From the NCBI RefSeq assembly GCF_964355755.1, contig NC_092670.1, positions 4,888,201-4,952,200 of the forward strand: a DNA stretch of 64,000 bases, written 5' to 3'. The notes below the pieces were generated by a model. That model was not told where the DNA came from. It did not search any database and saw nothing but the letters and a program-made list of their open reading frames with translations. The translations under genes were made by a program, and so were the position numbers. Below are positions 12,434 through 24,445 of the stretch, in pieces. How positions within the stretch are numbered: position 1 is the first letter of the stretch; each line of letters starts with the position of its first letter. This DNA comes from Antedon mediterranea (Eukaryota > Animalia > Echinodermata).

Positions 12434-14761
12434 CTAAAAAAAAAAAAAATCCAGAATATTCTCCTTTATTATACAAGACATGAATATCTGTACAAATATA
12501 CCAATCATAATAAATGAAAGCAAGCATATTATTTAATTAATGTGTCGGTAAAAATTGGTTATTGTTCTGATGACATCAAAGACGCCGCTATTATAGATGA
12601 AAATGCAACAATAATAAAGACAGTTATTCTTGGACAGTAAGTAGGTCGGAATAATAATAAGTGGACAATAACTCTGTAAATGTCATTATTATGCATTGAT
12701 GTCATTATTATTGTAATGCTGTCGTCCTAAGATCGTCCGGTTTCTTTTCATTATTTTTGCGACACACAAACTATTTTTTTTTTCATACGCAATTATTGTA
12801 TAGGATGGCAAAGCATCGTTCTTATAATCTTAGTCTCATTTGAGGCTTAGGGAGTGAAGTAGTCCTAGACACATTCGTGAATTACCTGCCTGACACTAGG
12901 TCATGATTGAACCCTGGACCAAGAAACATCTCCACCGTTATTACCGTAACCCTATATCTTATAATAATATCTCATATTAATGCCATGTAAACCGACAGAA
13001 AAAACTAGCCGGTCAAGTTATCAAAAGTCAATGATGATATCATCTGTGGACGAGTAGGCTACAAGTCGACTACTACCCACGTTGACGTGAAACTCGGCCA
13101 GAATGCTAAATGTAAAGTTAACCCCATTGGTAAGCTGAACAGCTTTGGAACTTGAACATCACATGGAGCCAAAAATGACAACATTTAGAGAGGTATCAAT
13201 GAGTAAATGTCTCGTATCAAGATCGTCAGATTGTTTTGCTAATGAAAAAACACAAGACACAAACATAGGCCTACTTCTGTAGTTCAGTCAACCATTTATA
13301 ACAACGAAGAAACTTAAGATATAAACTATTCACCTACGAAGCACGTTTATTCGTGTAAATGCATAATATTGACCAATACAAAGGGCACATGAAAATGGTA
13401 ATAAACGGTAATGTGTTTTTTATCAATTCAAAAAACATTAGTCCATTTGAACGTAACGCAAATATCAAACCGTTTCAAACAAAAACATCAAACAACATTA
13501 CGAATAAAACAATAAAACATCGACAATAGAATAAAGATATTAAACTTAATTGTTTAATATAAAAGGTGAAAGTAACACCACAAAAGAAGCGTTTTGCATT
13601 TTTAGGATTTACAGGACTTACTATCGCGGACGTATATTTTACATAAATACTCTGTGGAATAATAAAATTTCTTTAAAGAAAATTATAAGGACCTACATAA
13701 GCTAGATAAAGCACCGGCGAAAACTGGTGAGAGAAGCAAGTTACTTTAAATTCAATTCAAGTAATGACAAGGAAGGCAGGAAGACGTTAAAAAGTTATAT
13801 TGTCTTCTTTTAAAAAGAAGATTGTAAGAAGGAAAGAGAATTTCAATTACCCCTAGTAGGTTATTTCGAGGCTTTTCGATGTTTGTCTGAAATTTGTCTG
13901 AAATTTTTCTGACAAGCTCAATACACGTATGAAACGCCATATGTGCCAAAATATTGATCAAAACGCCTTCTGGAACCCAGAATAGGACCGAACCAGCACG
14001 TCATCATGTTGAATTGAATTAACTATGAAACTGAGATAGGTCTACATAAATGAAAAGTAAGGCCACTACATTATTACGAGAACGTCACATAGCTGACATT
14101 TTAACCCACACATTCCTTTATTCATAAAAAAGCAAAGTTAATTGCTTTAAAGGAATACTCGTTTAAACTAACTAACTACACATATTTATATATTCTTTTT
14201 ATCTAATATTGTAAATACTACTTTTCAGCCTTTTGGCTGCCGTTGTATTATTGATTTCTTTTTTATGAATAAATATAGTTACTTGAACATATACATACTG
14301 TAGGCCTACCCTACTAGTAAAAAATGCTGTATTACTTGTCAACGATGTGATGACTTGCGAAATAAGTGTACACTTCCCATCGAATTATTCAAGTTGTAGG
14401 CCTAGGTTCCTGTATACAACTATCTGAAACTTGTATGTATGCATTGAATTACCATCGTATACCAATGATGGATTATACCACTGTAATGAATTACCATGCA
14501 GGTAGGCTTTTTATTATTTTAGTAGGCTACTGTATGCGGTTATAGTATTCTGAACATCAACAAGTTTCAAGAAACACCATAATTAGGAATTTCTCTGTAA
14601 TTAAAACTGTCATCAAAACGATGATATTAATAAGTCAGGAAACAACAACATGTAGGCCTACAAATTATTTACTGCTGTAGTCCAGTAGTCCCACCCCCGT
14701 TCATATTGCATTGATTAAAACTTCTCTCTCAATTTTCTCACTACATAAAAATATATCTTAC

Positions 14762-14773
14762 CTTCATGGCCAT
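14762..14773 (-). CDS. Polyproline single-pass membrane protein, exon 1 coding part (MAMK)
   Basis: Reads aaaaATGGCCATGAAG|GTAAG: good initiation context and a strong phase-0 donor that joins exon 2 in frame. Total CDS is 441 nt, 146 aa. Confidence 0.7.
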
Positions 14774-16102
14774 TTTTAACGTCAGTTTCCTGCTAAGTTA
14801 GCCTACCGGTATCAGCCACAAAATGCTGTGCTTCCAAATTAAAATATTACAGTTGACCTTGGCCTAGCTTTCTTATTTTATTTCTCCGCTGCTGTTTTTG
14901 CTTGTATTTTCCAATATTTTGAATGCCACCACCAACAGCTTCCACACGAAGCGGTGTTTTAGAAATAGATGTTTTTGTTAAAATCGGTACAAATACATAC
15001 AAACTTTATACGTTATCATTTTAAGTGTACAGTAATAATCTTTTATACAGTGTCAAACGTTACTGTATGCAAAAGAGGCCTACAGTAATAAGGCTAGTTG
15101 TTGTTGATCACATTTCACCTCACGGTCAAGTTCTGTTTTCAAGATCAAATTGCATTTACAGGTATTCGAAAGTTTAAAGTTCGATATAAGATATTAAAGT
15201 TCCATTTCACAATATTAATACTGTACAGTGTTTCGGATGAATAAATCTACACTGCCTCGGACAAACTTTCTCCTCGGTTGCATAAATACCCACCCTCCCG
15301 CAGACGCAGCACCGGACAACTATTCGATCCCTCTCCCCGCACCACTAACTCAACCATTTTCCTTTATTTCCCAATAGCAATGGAGAGCAACACCCATTCT
15401 CCCTCCCCTACAACATTAACACCACTGTATGAATATGAATGGGTAGTTTTCCCAAGGGTTATGAGGAGGGGGTGGGGTCTTGATAGTTAGTTTAAACCTA
15501 TATGTTCCAATGTCTACAAAGAAACATCTTTCTGAATTAAGTTTATTGCAAATCTGAAATCAAATATTAAATCTGATCGAACAAAAATCATTCATGATAC
15601 TAAAAACATCATGATTATACGAATCAACAAAGCAAAAACCATTTATTAGAACCGAGTCAGCATAAACAACATAACCGACACAACAACAGCCTCCCACGAC
15701 ATTGTCAAAGAAACAAACCCGCTCAAACAACGAAACAAGTACCAGCAAATGAGAAACCAATAACTTATAACTCAACTAAATCCAGCAAATCAATCTCATA
15801 AAAAAAGTAAGGCGTTGGACTAACACCTAAATAAATCAATAAATGAAATAGGCCTAATAATTAATTCGTCGTGAAAGGGATTATCATGGAATTAATAATA
15901 AGTTAAAGATAATCGCCACGTTGAAATTAAAGGGTAAATTGGGATAATTAAATTTTGAGAGTAGATATAATAGGATTATACGGATTAGAGTTATGATGGA
16001 ATAAATTGAAACTAATAACAATATCTAATATCGCAAGTAATTTTAAAGTAATGTATGGAGTTTGCAGCAACACAGAGCATGGTAATACTCACACGTAACT
16101 TA

Positions 16103-16301
16103 AGCTTGGTTCACACTAGCGAGGCAACGTAACGCAATCTACGTAACATAAGAAAATGCCCGTCCAATCATTGTGTTTGCCCCCGCCTGCGTGAAATCAA
16201 ACCTACGATGCTTGCAGCACTATTGCGTCGTCGGTTCCCACTTGTGATTACATCACTTCCCGTCGATACGCCGTTGTGTTGCGTTCTAGTGGGAACCGCG
16301 T
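16103..16301. mobile_element. MITE family A (PIF/Harbinger-like), diverged copy
   Basis: TIR AGCTTGGTTCACACTAG ... CTAGTGGGAACCGCGT, flanked by TTA on both sides. Confidence 0.75.
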
Positions 16302-16305
16302 TTAA

Positions 16306-16483
16306 AACCCGTTTTCTTGTCGACGTTATTCGACGCTATCGTAACAGTTCAACAACGACAAGTTGAAATGATAACGATAGCGAGTGCTTTTTCCTGTAAA
16401 TCATTAACATTTCAATGTTTACGTAGAAGATTGCCGATTATTGTTAACGATGGCATCGAATAACGTCGACAGGAAAACAGGCT
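16306..16483. mobile_element. MITE family D (Harbinger-like), directly abutting the family A copy
   Basis: TIR aacccGTTTTCTTGTCGACGTTATTCGA / TCGAATAACGTCGACAGGAAAACaggct; TAA at 16303-16305 and 16484-16486. Confidence 0.75.
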
Positions 16484-17327
16484 TAAGATGTCGGCTTCTC
16501 TTACTCAAACTGTCGCACTGTTATGCAATGTTTACTGTGGAATAATTAATGTTTATTTATATTACTTTAGCATTAATGATTAGCAATATTTCTAATTGAA
16601 ACTTGTTATTGTTTGATTATTTTAACGTAAAAATGTACTAGCCACTTTTATTAAGTTGCAATTTACGAGCAAACAGGTTTCAGACCATTTATGATAACCG
16701 TTATCTCTCTCAGTGAACATATTTATTACATAATATGAATTATTATTGAATCCTCAAATTATAACTATACCATATACCATAATGAGAGACAGACATTCAC
16801 AAGTACATGTTTGCCTGATGTTTCTTGTAACATTTAATGTCCCCTCGCTAATTACAAATTGTTTGTACATGGCATATAGTTACTTGAGTAAGGAGTTTAA
16901 AGTTGCATCGAAGACAAATGCGGAAAATTGTAAACACTCTCCAGGGGTAACAGAGGTTATATGTCGAATATTTTAAGCAAACCCCCAGGCATTGCGGCTA
17001 GTAAAATTATGTTTTTATAACCATCACAGAATTGTACTATTCTCATGTGGTTCATAAATAACATCGATAATGTATAATAGTTTACCAAAATATTATGAAA
17101 TGTATAACATATTGCAAAACTTAACATGATTAAATGCCAAACGAGGATCGTAGTACATTACAAAAGTGTCATTTCAATTTGCAGTGTATTAGGATACGCA
17201 CTCACCACGTCTGATTATGTGGCTGTCACGAGACTTTATGTGGAAGACTGTTACCAGTCTACCAGATACCTATCATAACTGTATTAATACGTCTGCGTTT
17301 ACAAGCGTGTGTGATAGGACTACGTAA

Positions 17328-17621
17328 AGCCTGGTTTCCATAAAATCGCTACACCGTTTCCATTGAAATCGCTACACGCGCAAATGTCGCCGACGCGCAT
17401 CGGGGAGGTCTCCCCAATTCATCGCAGACAAAATCGGCAAAGTTCAACCATGTTCAACTTTGCCGATTTTGTCGGCGATGAGTCGTATACGCGTGTACCA
17501 AAGAATATTTAGCGCTCGCGTACTAGATCCCCGATAAATTCTAGCGTTTCCATAGAATCGCTACGCTCTGTCGGCGACAGCAGTCGGCGACACGGTGTAG
17601 CGATTTTATGGAAACCAGGCT
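17328..17621. mobile_element. MITE family C, long fold-back, PIF/Harbinger-like
   Basis: Perfect TIR of about 29 bp AGCCTGGTTTCCATAAAATCGCTACACCG; identical TAA TSD (17325-17327, 17622-17624); central hairpin GACAAAATCGGCAAAGTT..AACTTTGCCGATTTTGTC. Confidence 0.88.
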
Positions 17622-17740
17622 TAACAACGATAACGTAGCATAACGGTACTCGTATGGTATGCAAATATGCTAGTTAATTTCAAGAAATGATTCATTTCAT
17701 TGCGATTTAACAATATAACTATTTCAAGCAAAGTGATTAA

Positions 17741-18059
17741 AGATGTATTGTCTCTCAAGAACATTAACAATGAAGATTAATTAAATCAGATTTTGAATAT
17801 GTTATTTTGTAGTTTTAATAAAGTTAGGCCTAATCACTTCCATAGAAAAACAAATATTTTCACCTATAAATTGACAAAATAAATGTTTAAATTCAACCAA
17901 AAACCCACTGGCTGGCAGCCAATTTGGCCATTTTTTGCTTTAAATTACAGTTTTTTCTTTTTCGATCCAATTTTTGGTCATAACTATTAATGTTACATAA
18001 AATTGGCATATTCAACTAACATTTTGTTAAGAATTATTTTTCAGGGGGACAATACATCT
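17741..18059. mobile_element. Non-autonomous Kolobok-like DNA element (family F)
   Basis: TTAA TSD on both sides, TIR AGATGTATTGTC / GACAATACATCT. TTAA plus purine-purine termini matches Kolobok rather than piggyBac (CC termini). Confidence 0.75.
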
Positions 18060-19018
18060 TTAAACAAAATCATGTTTTAATTTATGTTAGGCCTATGTTA
18101 ATATTATTTTAGATCCAAATAATATTTGGCGGCCATCTTAAGTGGTCACCTCTCCTGTTGGAATCGCATACGTCCTGTCTATACAGTTGACGATAGTACT
18201 TACTCAGTCGATGCACTGTTATTGTGATTCAAGCAGACAAGTTGCCCCATTTTGTAAGTCACTCAAATCAAAAAGTATTTATAATTCATCAACTCATTTA
18301 ATTGTACATTATTACTGTGTTAAAATATCCAATACCATGTCTAAAATTCGACTTATTATAGATTACTTAATTACTGTACCTACACATCCAAAATGGACCA
18401 TTCGTATTGGAAGATTTATTGATTGATAGACCAGCTGACATGTAGGTAAATCACCTGGTTTTACCTTAGCATGGTTATACCAGTCACCATATGAAAATAA
18501 AGTAAAATCAATCCATTATGAAAATTACATGGATGATCTGCTCGAATTAGCTTAGCATATCCCTCGGCAAGATGTCACATGTGACAGGAGCAACCATTTA
18601 CATAAAAGATAATCAATTTGTATACAGGACTTAATTTAGTAATTGTAAAAAAAAAACCTGTTTAATTTCTAAGTAATAGCTTACAAGTGGGAATACGTGA
18701 AGAAGGCTACTAAAATAAGAAGTATCTTATCCCAAGGACATCATTAATTGACTGGAAGGATCTCTAATTAATATTGAGTCAAAGTTCAGGATAGAAAAAT
18801 GTATGATTGTGTTATTTTATGATAGTAGTATTAATGAATAAAGAAGGTTACAATAAGTGGTGACAAGAATATTTTTTCGGAAAGTGCATAATTAACAGAA
18901 TAGAAAATGTGATGAGTATAATGTTTATTATAGTGACGTTGAAATAAGATTGATACCCAGATATCTTGTGATCTGACGATAATGAGAAGCTGAACAATGT
19001 TGGCAATATAAATGATAC

Positions 19019-19870
19019 GATAATAATTATAATGATAGCAATCGTGATGACAATAATGATGGTGACGATAATAATGATAATGATAGCAATCGTGATGACA
19101 ATAATGATGGTGACGATAATAATTATAATGATAGCAATCACGATAACAATAATGATGGTGACGATAATAATGATAATGATAGCAATCATGATGACAATAA
19201 TGATGGTGACGATAATAATGATAATGATAGCAATCACGATGACAATAATGATGGTGACGATAATAATGATAATGATAGCAATCACGATGACAATAATGAT
19301 AGTGACGATAATAATGATAATGATAGCAATCATGATGACAATAATGATGGTGACGATAATAATGATAATGATAGCAATCATGATGACAATAATGATGGTG
19401 ACGATAATAATGATAATGATAGCAATCATGATGACAATAATGATGGTGACGATAATAATGATAATGATAGCAATCACGATGACAATAATGATGGTGACGA
19501 TAATAATGATAGCAATAGATGATAACGATAATAACGATGATGGTATTGATGATGACAATCAAGATGATGAAAATACTGATGATAATGACAATAATAGGAG
19601 GAAAATGATGATAATAATAGATGAAGCTATAATGATGATGACAATCAAGATGATTACGATAGTGAGGGTGACGACAATGATAATGACGATAACAATGGTG
19701 AGAATGATAATGATGATAATAATGATGACGATAATGGATGACGCCCTAATGATGATGACAATCAAGACTATGACAATGATGGTGACGATAATGATAATGA
19801 CGATATTGATATGATAACGATGATAGTGATGCTCTAGCAATAAGTAAAAAGAAGACAATGATGGCAAAGG
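19019..19870 (+). repeat. 48-bp minisatellite (about 10 units, 19019-19515) grading into degenerate (GAT/AAT/GAC)n
   Basis: Unit gataataatgataatgatagcaatcatgatgacaataatgatggtgac. It accounts for the four low-complexity track ORFs in 18831-19867. Confidence 0.95.
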
Positions 19871-20285
19871 TCACAATAAGATTTAATGCAGTCGTAAATC
19901 AATGATCAAACCAATACAACTAGGCCTAAGTAAATGTAATCAAGAATATAATCAAGAAAAATTATTATGTATCCGTCGTTTATAACTGGTATCAATAGAT
20001 ATGTGATTACTGTGGCTTAATAGTTACATCATACTGTCCCCACTGAGTTACTTTGATGATGCGTGGCTCAGCGTAGTCGTGACATCCAACTTATTATTCA
20101 ATCCTATCCACCAATTAGTACGGCTAGCTGAGGTTTTAAATACAAGGGTAATAATTATAAATCAACATAGGATTTATACAAGTTTAATTTCAATACGTGT
20201 AATTATCAAGTCACCATTTTTCAGTGAAATTGATCGATGCGCGCACACACAAACCTCACAGTTGTCTGGAGCTCAGATTGCTTAA

Positions 20286-20435
20286 AGCTTGGTTCCTACT
20301 AGAGACGCAACGCAAGGACGTAAAGGCAACGCAATCGTGTTGACCAATGACAAGCGACAGTTCAAAATTATTTATCGCTTGTGATTGGCCAACTCAGTTA
20401 CGTCCTTGTGTTGCGTCTCTAGTGGGAACTAAGCT
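20286..20435. mobile_element. MITE family A copy
   Basis: AGCTTGGTTCCTACTAGAGACGCAAC...GTTGCGTCTCTAGTGGGAACTAAGCT; whole element near-palindromic; flanked by TAA/TTA. Confidence 0.85.
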
Positions 20436-20566
20436 TTAAAATAAGTTACGGCTATAAAGGTATCAACCGTACAACCATTTCTGTGATTATATACCCCTCT
20501 TTTCCTCCTCAAAATTCCTATTAATATAATATACGTCCGTACAATTGGCTGATTCATGGACCTGAA

Positions 20567-20729
20567 GCTCTGTCTACACTATCAAACTTTATGTAACAAC
20601 AAAAATGTGATGTTCCCATGTACATGATGATGTCACATCATTACCATATTTAAGGATATCACTACCATACTATTTGGGCACATCAAACTGTTTTTCCCAC
20701 AATTGTTTGATATAGTGTAAACAGTCTTA
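20567..20729. mobile_element. MITE family B copy
   Basis: AGCTCTGTCTACACTATCAAACT ... tttgatatagtgtaaacag; internal sequence shared with the 41367 copy. Confidence 0.75.
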
Positions 20730-21642
20730 CAGTAGATCATGTCAAAACAATCAAATGTCCTCCCCATCATGCAATACCGTAGGGGTAAATTATCAAGTAA
20801 ATGGATGTGGTATCCTTACATAGAACACTAGTTTTCCTCGCGTGTCACACGAATATATTTCTGGCATAAAAGCAGTATCGATATGTTTTTCACAAAATAA
20901 CTTGCTGAAGCATGCTTTCATGTAAACGGCTTGATATTAATACGAGTTACTAGAAGTGGTTCGTGATTTTACATACGTACACATGTGGTCACATGACGTA
21001 TTTTATATAACAGCACTTTGCACAAACCTAAGGTGAATAATCCAGCATTACTATATACCTCAGGAAACAACATCTGATCGAAGCATAATGTATATACATT
21101 TGATGATTTGTTTTTACTGAAAATTGTTTTGTAACTCCAGCAACAGACCTATATTAACAAGAACATGGAATTACATTTACTAAGTAGAAAGCAAAACAGG
21201 CATTGCCTTTTGAAAACAACAAAGTATTTGTCTGATGCGATTGTATTATTGTTTAAACGATAAGAGATGATGATCAAACTAGCATCGATAATCTTAAAGT
21301 AAACTATGGATAAATACCAAATACCATTCTACTTGTTCTAATGGTATTACTGCTATTATATAGTGTATGTAGACGACATATGAATGATAAATAATTTATA
21401 AACACGACGATTTTTGTTGTGTCTTTTTGTGAGGTTCACTCACCTTTATTTGATAATCATTTTGATAACTTTCTTTGAAATCGAAATTGCTATTTTTGTT
21501 TCCATTCTTAGTATGCTTTTGTAGGCCTATATATTTTTATATATTATATATTTTTTCCCTTCATATATATTACGTTTCAAACTCATCCTAAAGATCTGCT
21601 ACTTTATAAGGAAAGAATGTCGATCAAGTGACAAAATTCTCA

Positions 21643-22045
21643 AAAGATTCAAGATTCAAGATTCAGATTCAGATAATATTTATTTAGATAATAATGAATG
21701 AATATATACAAAATAGAAAAAAGATATTAAAGTGAACATAGATAAAGCAGTAATTGGTAGTCATTATTATCATGGATCCCTTCTAGAAGTTAAAAACTTG
21801 TTTCGTAGGGACCCACAACAAAACACATTACTAAAAAAATAAAAATAACCTAGAATATATAATTATATAATTTAGGATAAAAAATTACAGTATAATAAAA
21901 TAACTAACATCTTCTTTATAAAAATTATTTAAATTATATTTCAATAGTTTCATGATAATTATAAATGAAATAACTACCGATACTGGTAAATGAAAAAAAA
22001 AAATATGTATACATAAATTATAATTCCAGTATAAGCAGAAATTAT
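21643..22045 (-). mobile_element. 3' end of a CR1/L2-type LINE
   Basis: The minus strand ends in AATAAA plus a (TGAATC/TTGAATC)n tail, preceded by a stem-loop (GGATCCC..GGGACCC, about 21774-21813). Similar tail-bearing ends occur at about 14223-14290 and 32950-33088 (+). Confidence 0.45.
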
Positions 22046-24115
22046 TTTTCTTTCACATTTCTCAAGAAGTGCTGCCTCTAATTCAAAAGCATTGGTATAT
22101 TTTGATTTCATTAACTTTTTATTCAATTCTGATTACCAGTACTGTAACTCATCTGTAACTAGAGTCTGTTTTTTAAAGAAAAATTTTCATAAAATAAAAT
22201 CAAATAACACTATTTAATCCATTTGTCAAAGTAGCTCTCAAAATAAAATAACAAATGTAGATACGAATTTTAAATACCTAGAAAATTGAGAGGCTTTGTA
22301 TTTTGAGCAGAGGCAGTTTGTTTATTTATTAGTAACTCCTACACTTTTTTCCTATTCCAAAATTCCATGGTAAAAAAAAGTGGCGCCAGGTTTTGCCGCT
22401 GAGGAAAACTCTACAAGTTTCATTGTCCGTCCCATTTATCAGACTACTTTGCTGAAAAATCTCGTTGGTACAAGCTGGCGGTTGAGTAGGCCTACCATAA
22501 TGTAAATCAATAAACAAAAGTACACCACGTGATACGATAACAACCATTGACATAATTATTATTCTTATTATCGACAACACCAAAACTTTTATATATTTAC
22601 GATTGAATTGAATAAACTAGATAAAGTATTTTGAAAGGAAGAAATACATTATTGCAAAACTAATTATAAACCTCACTCATTGCTGATTTATTTTAATTTA
22701 ATACTAAACTGTAATTGTGCAGTAATAAATCAGATAAATAAACCTCATCTAAACCGTTTTAAAGCTAAATAGAAGTAAAATAGCATGCTGTAATGTTGAA
22801 ATCGCACATCGTATCACGAGTTAAGCTCTGACAATTAGCGACATAATCTCTAACGACCATTACAATTATAACCTGATCTTTTTGCGTTGAAAGAGGTATT
22901 TCAACGCAATACAATATCCACAAGTCGTGACATCTGATTGTGTATGACACTTGGTAATAATTAGGCAAAACGTCATGAAATAATACACTTAAATACACTT
23001 AAATTACCTGTGTCAGGTTATGAACAATTCACCGGTGTAATCACAAATGATAACAAAATAATTTAAATGCCAGGTACAGGCAAATTGTTATGATCATCAG
23101 TTGTTTTGTGTTACAATACGATTTTAATTTTTTTTTTTAATAAGCACTTTCTACTTTCTACATACACTTGCCCCAAAACATTCATTGTCTTTTTTATTTA
23201 TTTATTTATTTGTTTTTATTTCGATTTTTTTCTGAAAATATCCAAGCGCAACCAGTATACGTATGAAATGCCATATGTGACAAACTATTTATCTTTTTTC
23301 TAATATTAAAACAAAACTCTGTCCCACAACCCAGACTACTTTCTACATAATGGTGTAAATAATGAGGGTTTTAAAACAAATCGAAAAAAGAAACGTTTTG
23401 GCAAAACCTTTACTCTGACTATGATAATAAGGTAGCATAAATGTTACGTTCTTGGTAAACATCAGGTTGAACTATCTAACACTGAAAATAAGTCTGAATA
23501 AGTATTTTTTCTTCGTGATTTATGTCACACATTTTTTAATTAATTTAACAAATTTAATTCATTTACAACACAATGATATCTGAAATTCAAGCCTGGATCT
23601 AGTCTAGGTTGTATATCGTATTATTAGTAAAAAGATAAATATGTGGTTGAATATTGCGTTTTAAATGTAAACATTCAAACATCAACTGTTGAAAAAACAT
23701 AAGAAGACAATGAGCCTGTAGCTAGCTGAGATTTAAAGATCTATTGTCAAAATAAATAGAATAAAAAGTAAATATTAATAAGATCATAGCTTATTCACTT
23801 TTATAGTAGGAAACGAAAAATAATGGTTTTACTTATAAAAAGATAAAATTAACGGAACAATTTAACCAAAAACTTGGTCAAAGTGAATTACTAATAAGTC
23901 AATATATTTTTTCAAAAGGACAATAATAACTACCGGTATTGTAACTTGTTTTTGCTCGAATACGACGTACTATTGATAATTCTATAATAAGGGGGTATAA
24001 TTTTCCCAATATTACAAACAATGTATGTTTTAAAAGACATGTTTGGTAGAGCCAAATCTAACCACAATATATTTGTTTTCGATGAGCTTACGTAAATTTA
24101 TTAACTAATTGTTAA

Positions 24116-24445
24116 AGATGTATTGTCCTCCCAAAACATGAGAAAAGATGAATAAAATCAGATTTTGAATAGGCAATTTCACAGTTTTAATAAAGTTATT
24201 CACTTCTGTAGAAAAGAAAATCATCAAAAATAATTATTTCACTTATAAAAAGACAAAAGAAATGGTTAATTTCAACAAAAAACCACTGTATTCCAGACAA
24301 TTTAGGTATATTTTGTTTGAAATTACATTTTTTTGGGGAAAATGTTTTTTTTATTAAGTTTTTGGTCAAACTTTTATGTGATATTAAAATGGCATTATTT
24401 AAAAAAAAAATTTAACAATTATTTTTTTAGGGGGACAATATATCT
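24116..24445. mobile_element. Kolobok-like element family F, second full copy
   Basis: TTAA-AGATGTATTGTCC ... GGGGACAATATATCT-TTAA; colinear with 17741-18059. Partial copies at about 23733-23900, 30710-30806 and 36365-36535. Confidence 0.78.

Noticed and set aside
12171-12437. Plus-strand 88-aa ORF
   Set aside because: Antisense to exon 2 of the membrane-protein gene, whose splice sites are on the minus strand.
18831-19867. Long track ORFs (243, 236, 260, 102 aa) with His/Tyr/Cys-, Ile- or Met-rich repeats
   Set aside because: They are alternative readings of one stop-poor trinucleotide-derived minisatellite; no gene structure.
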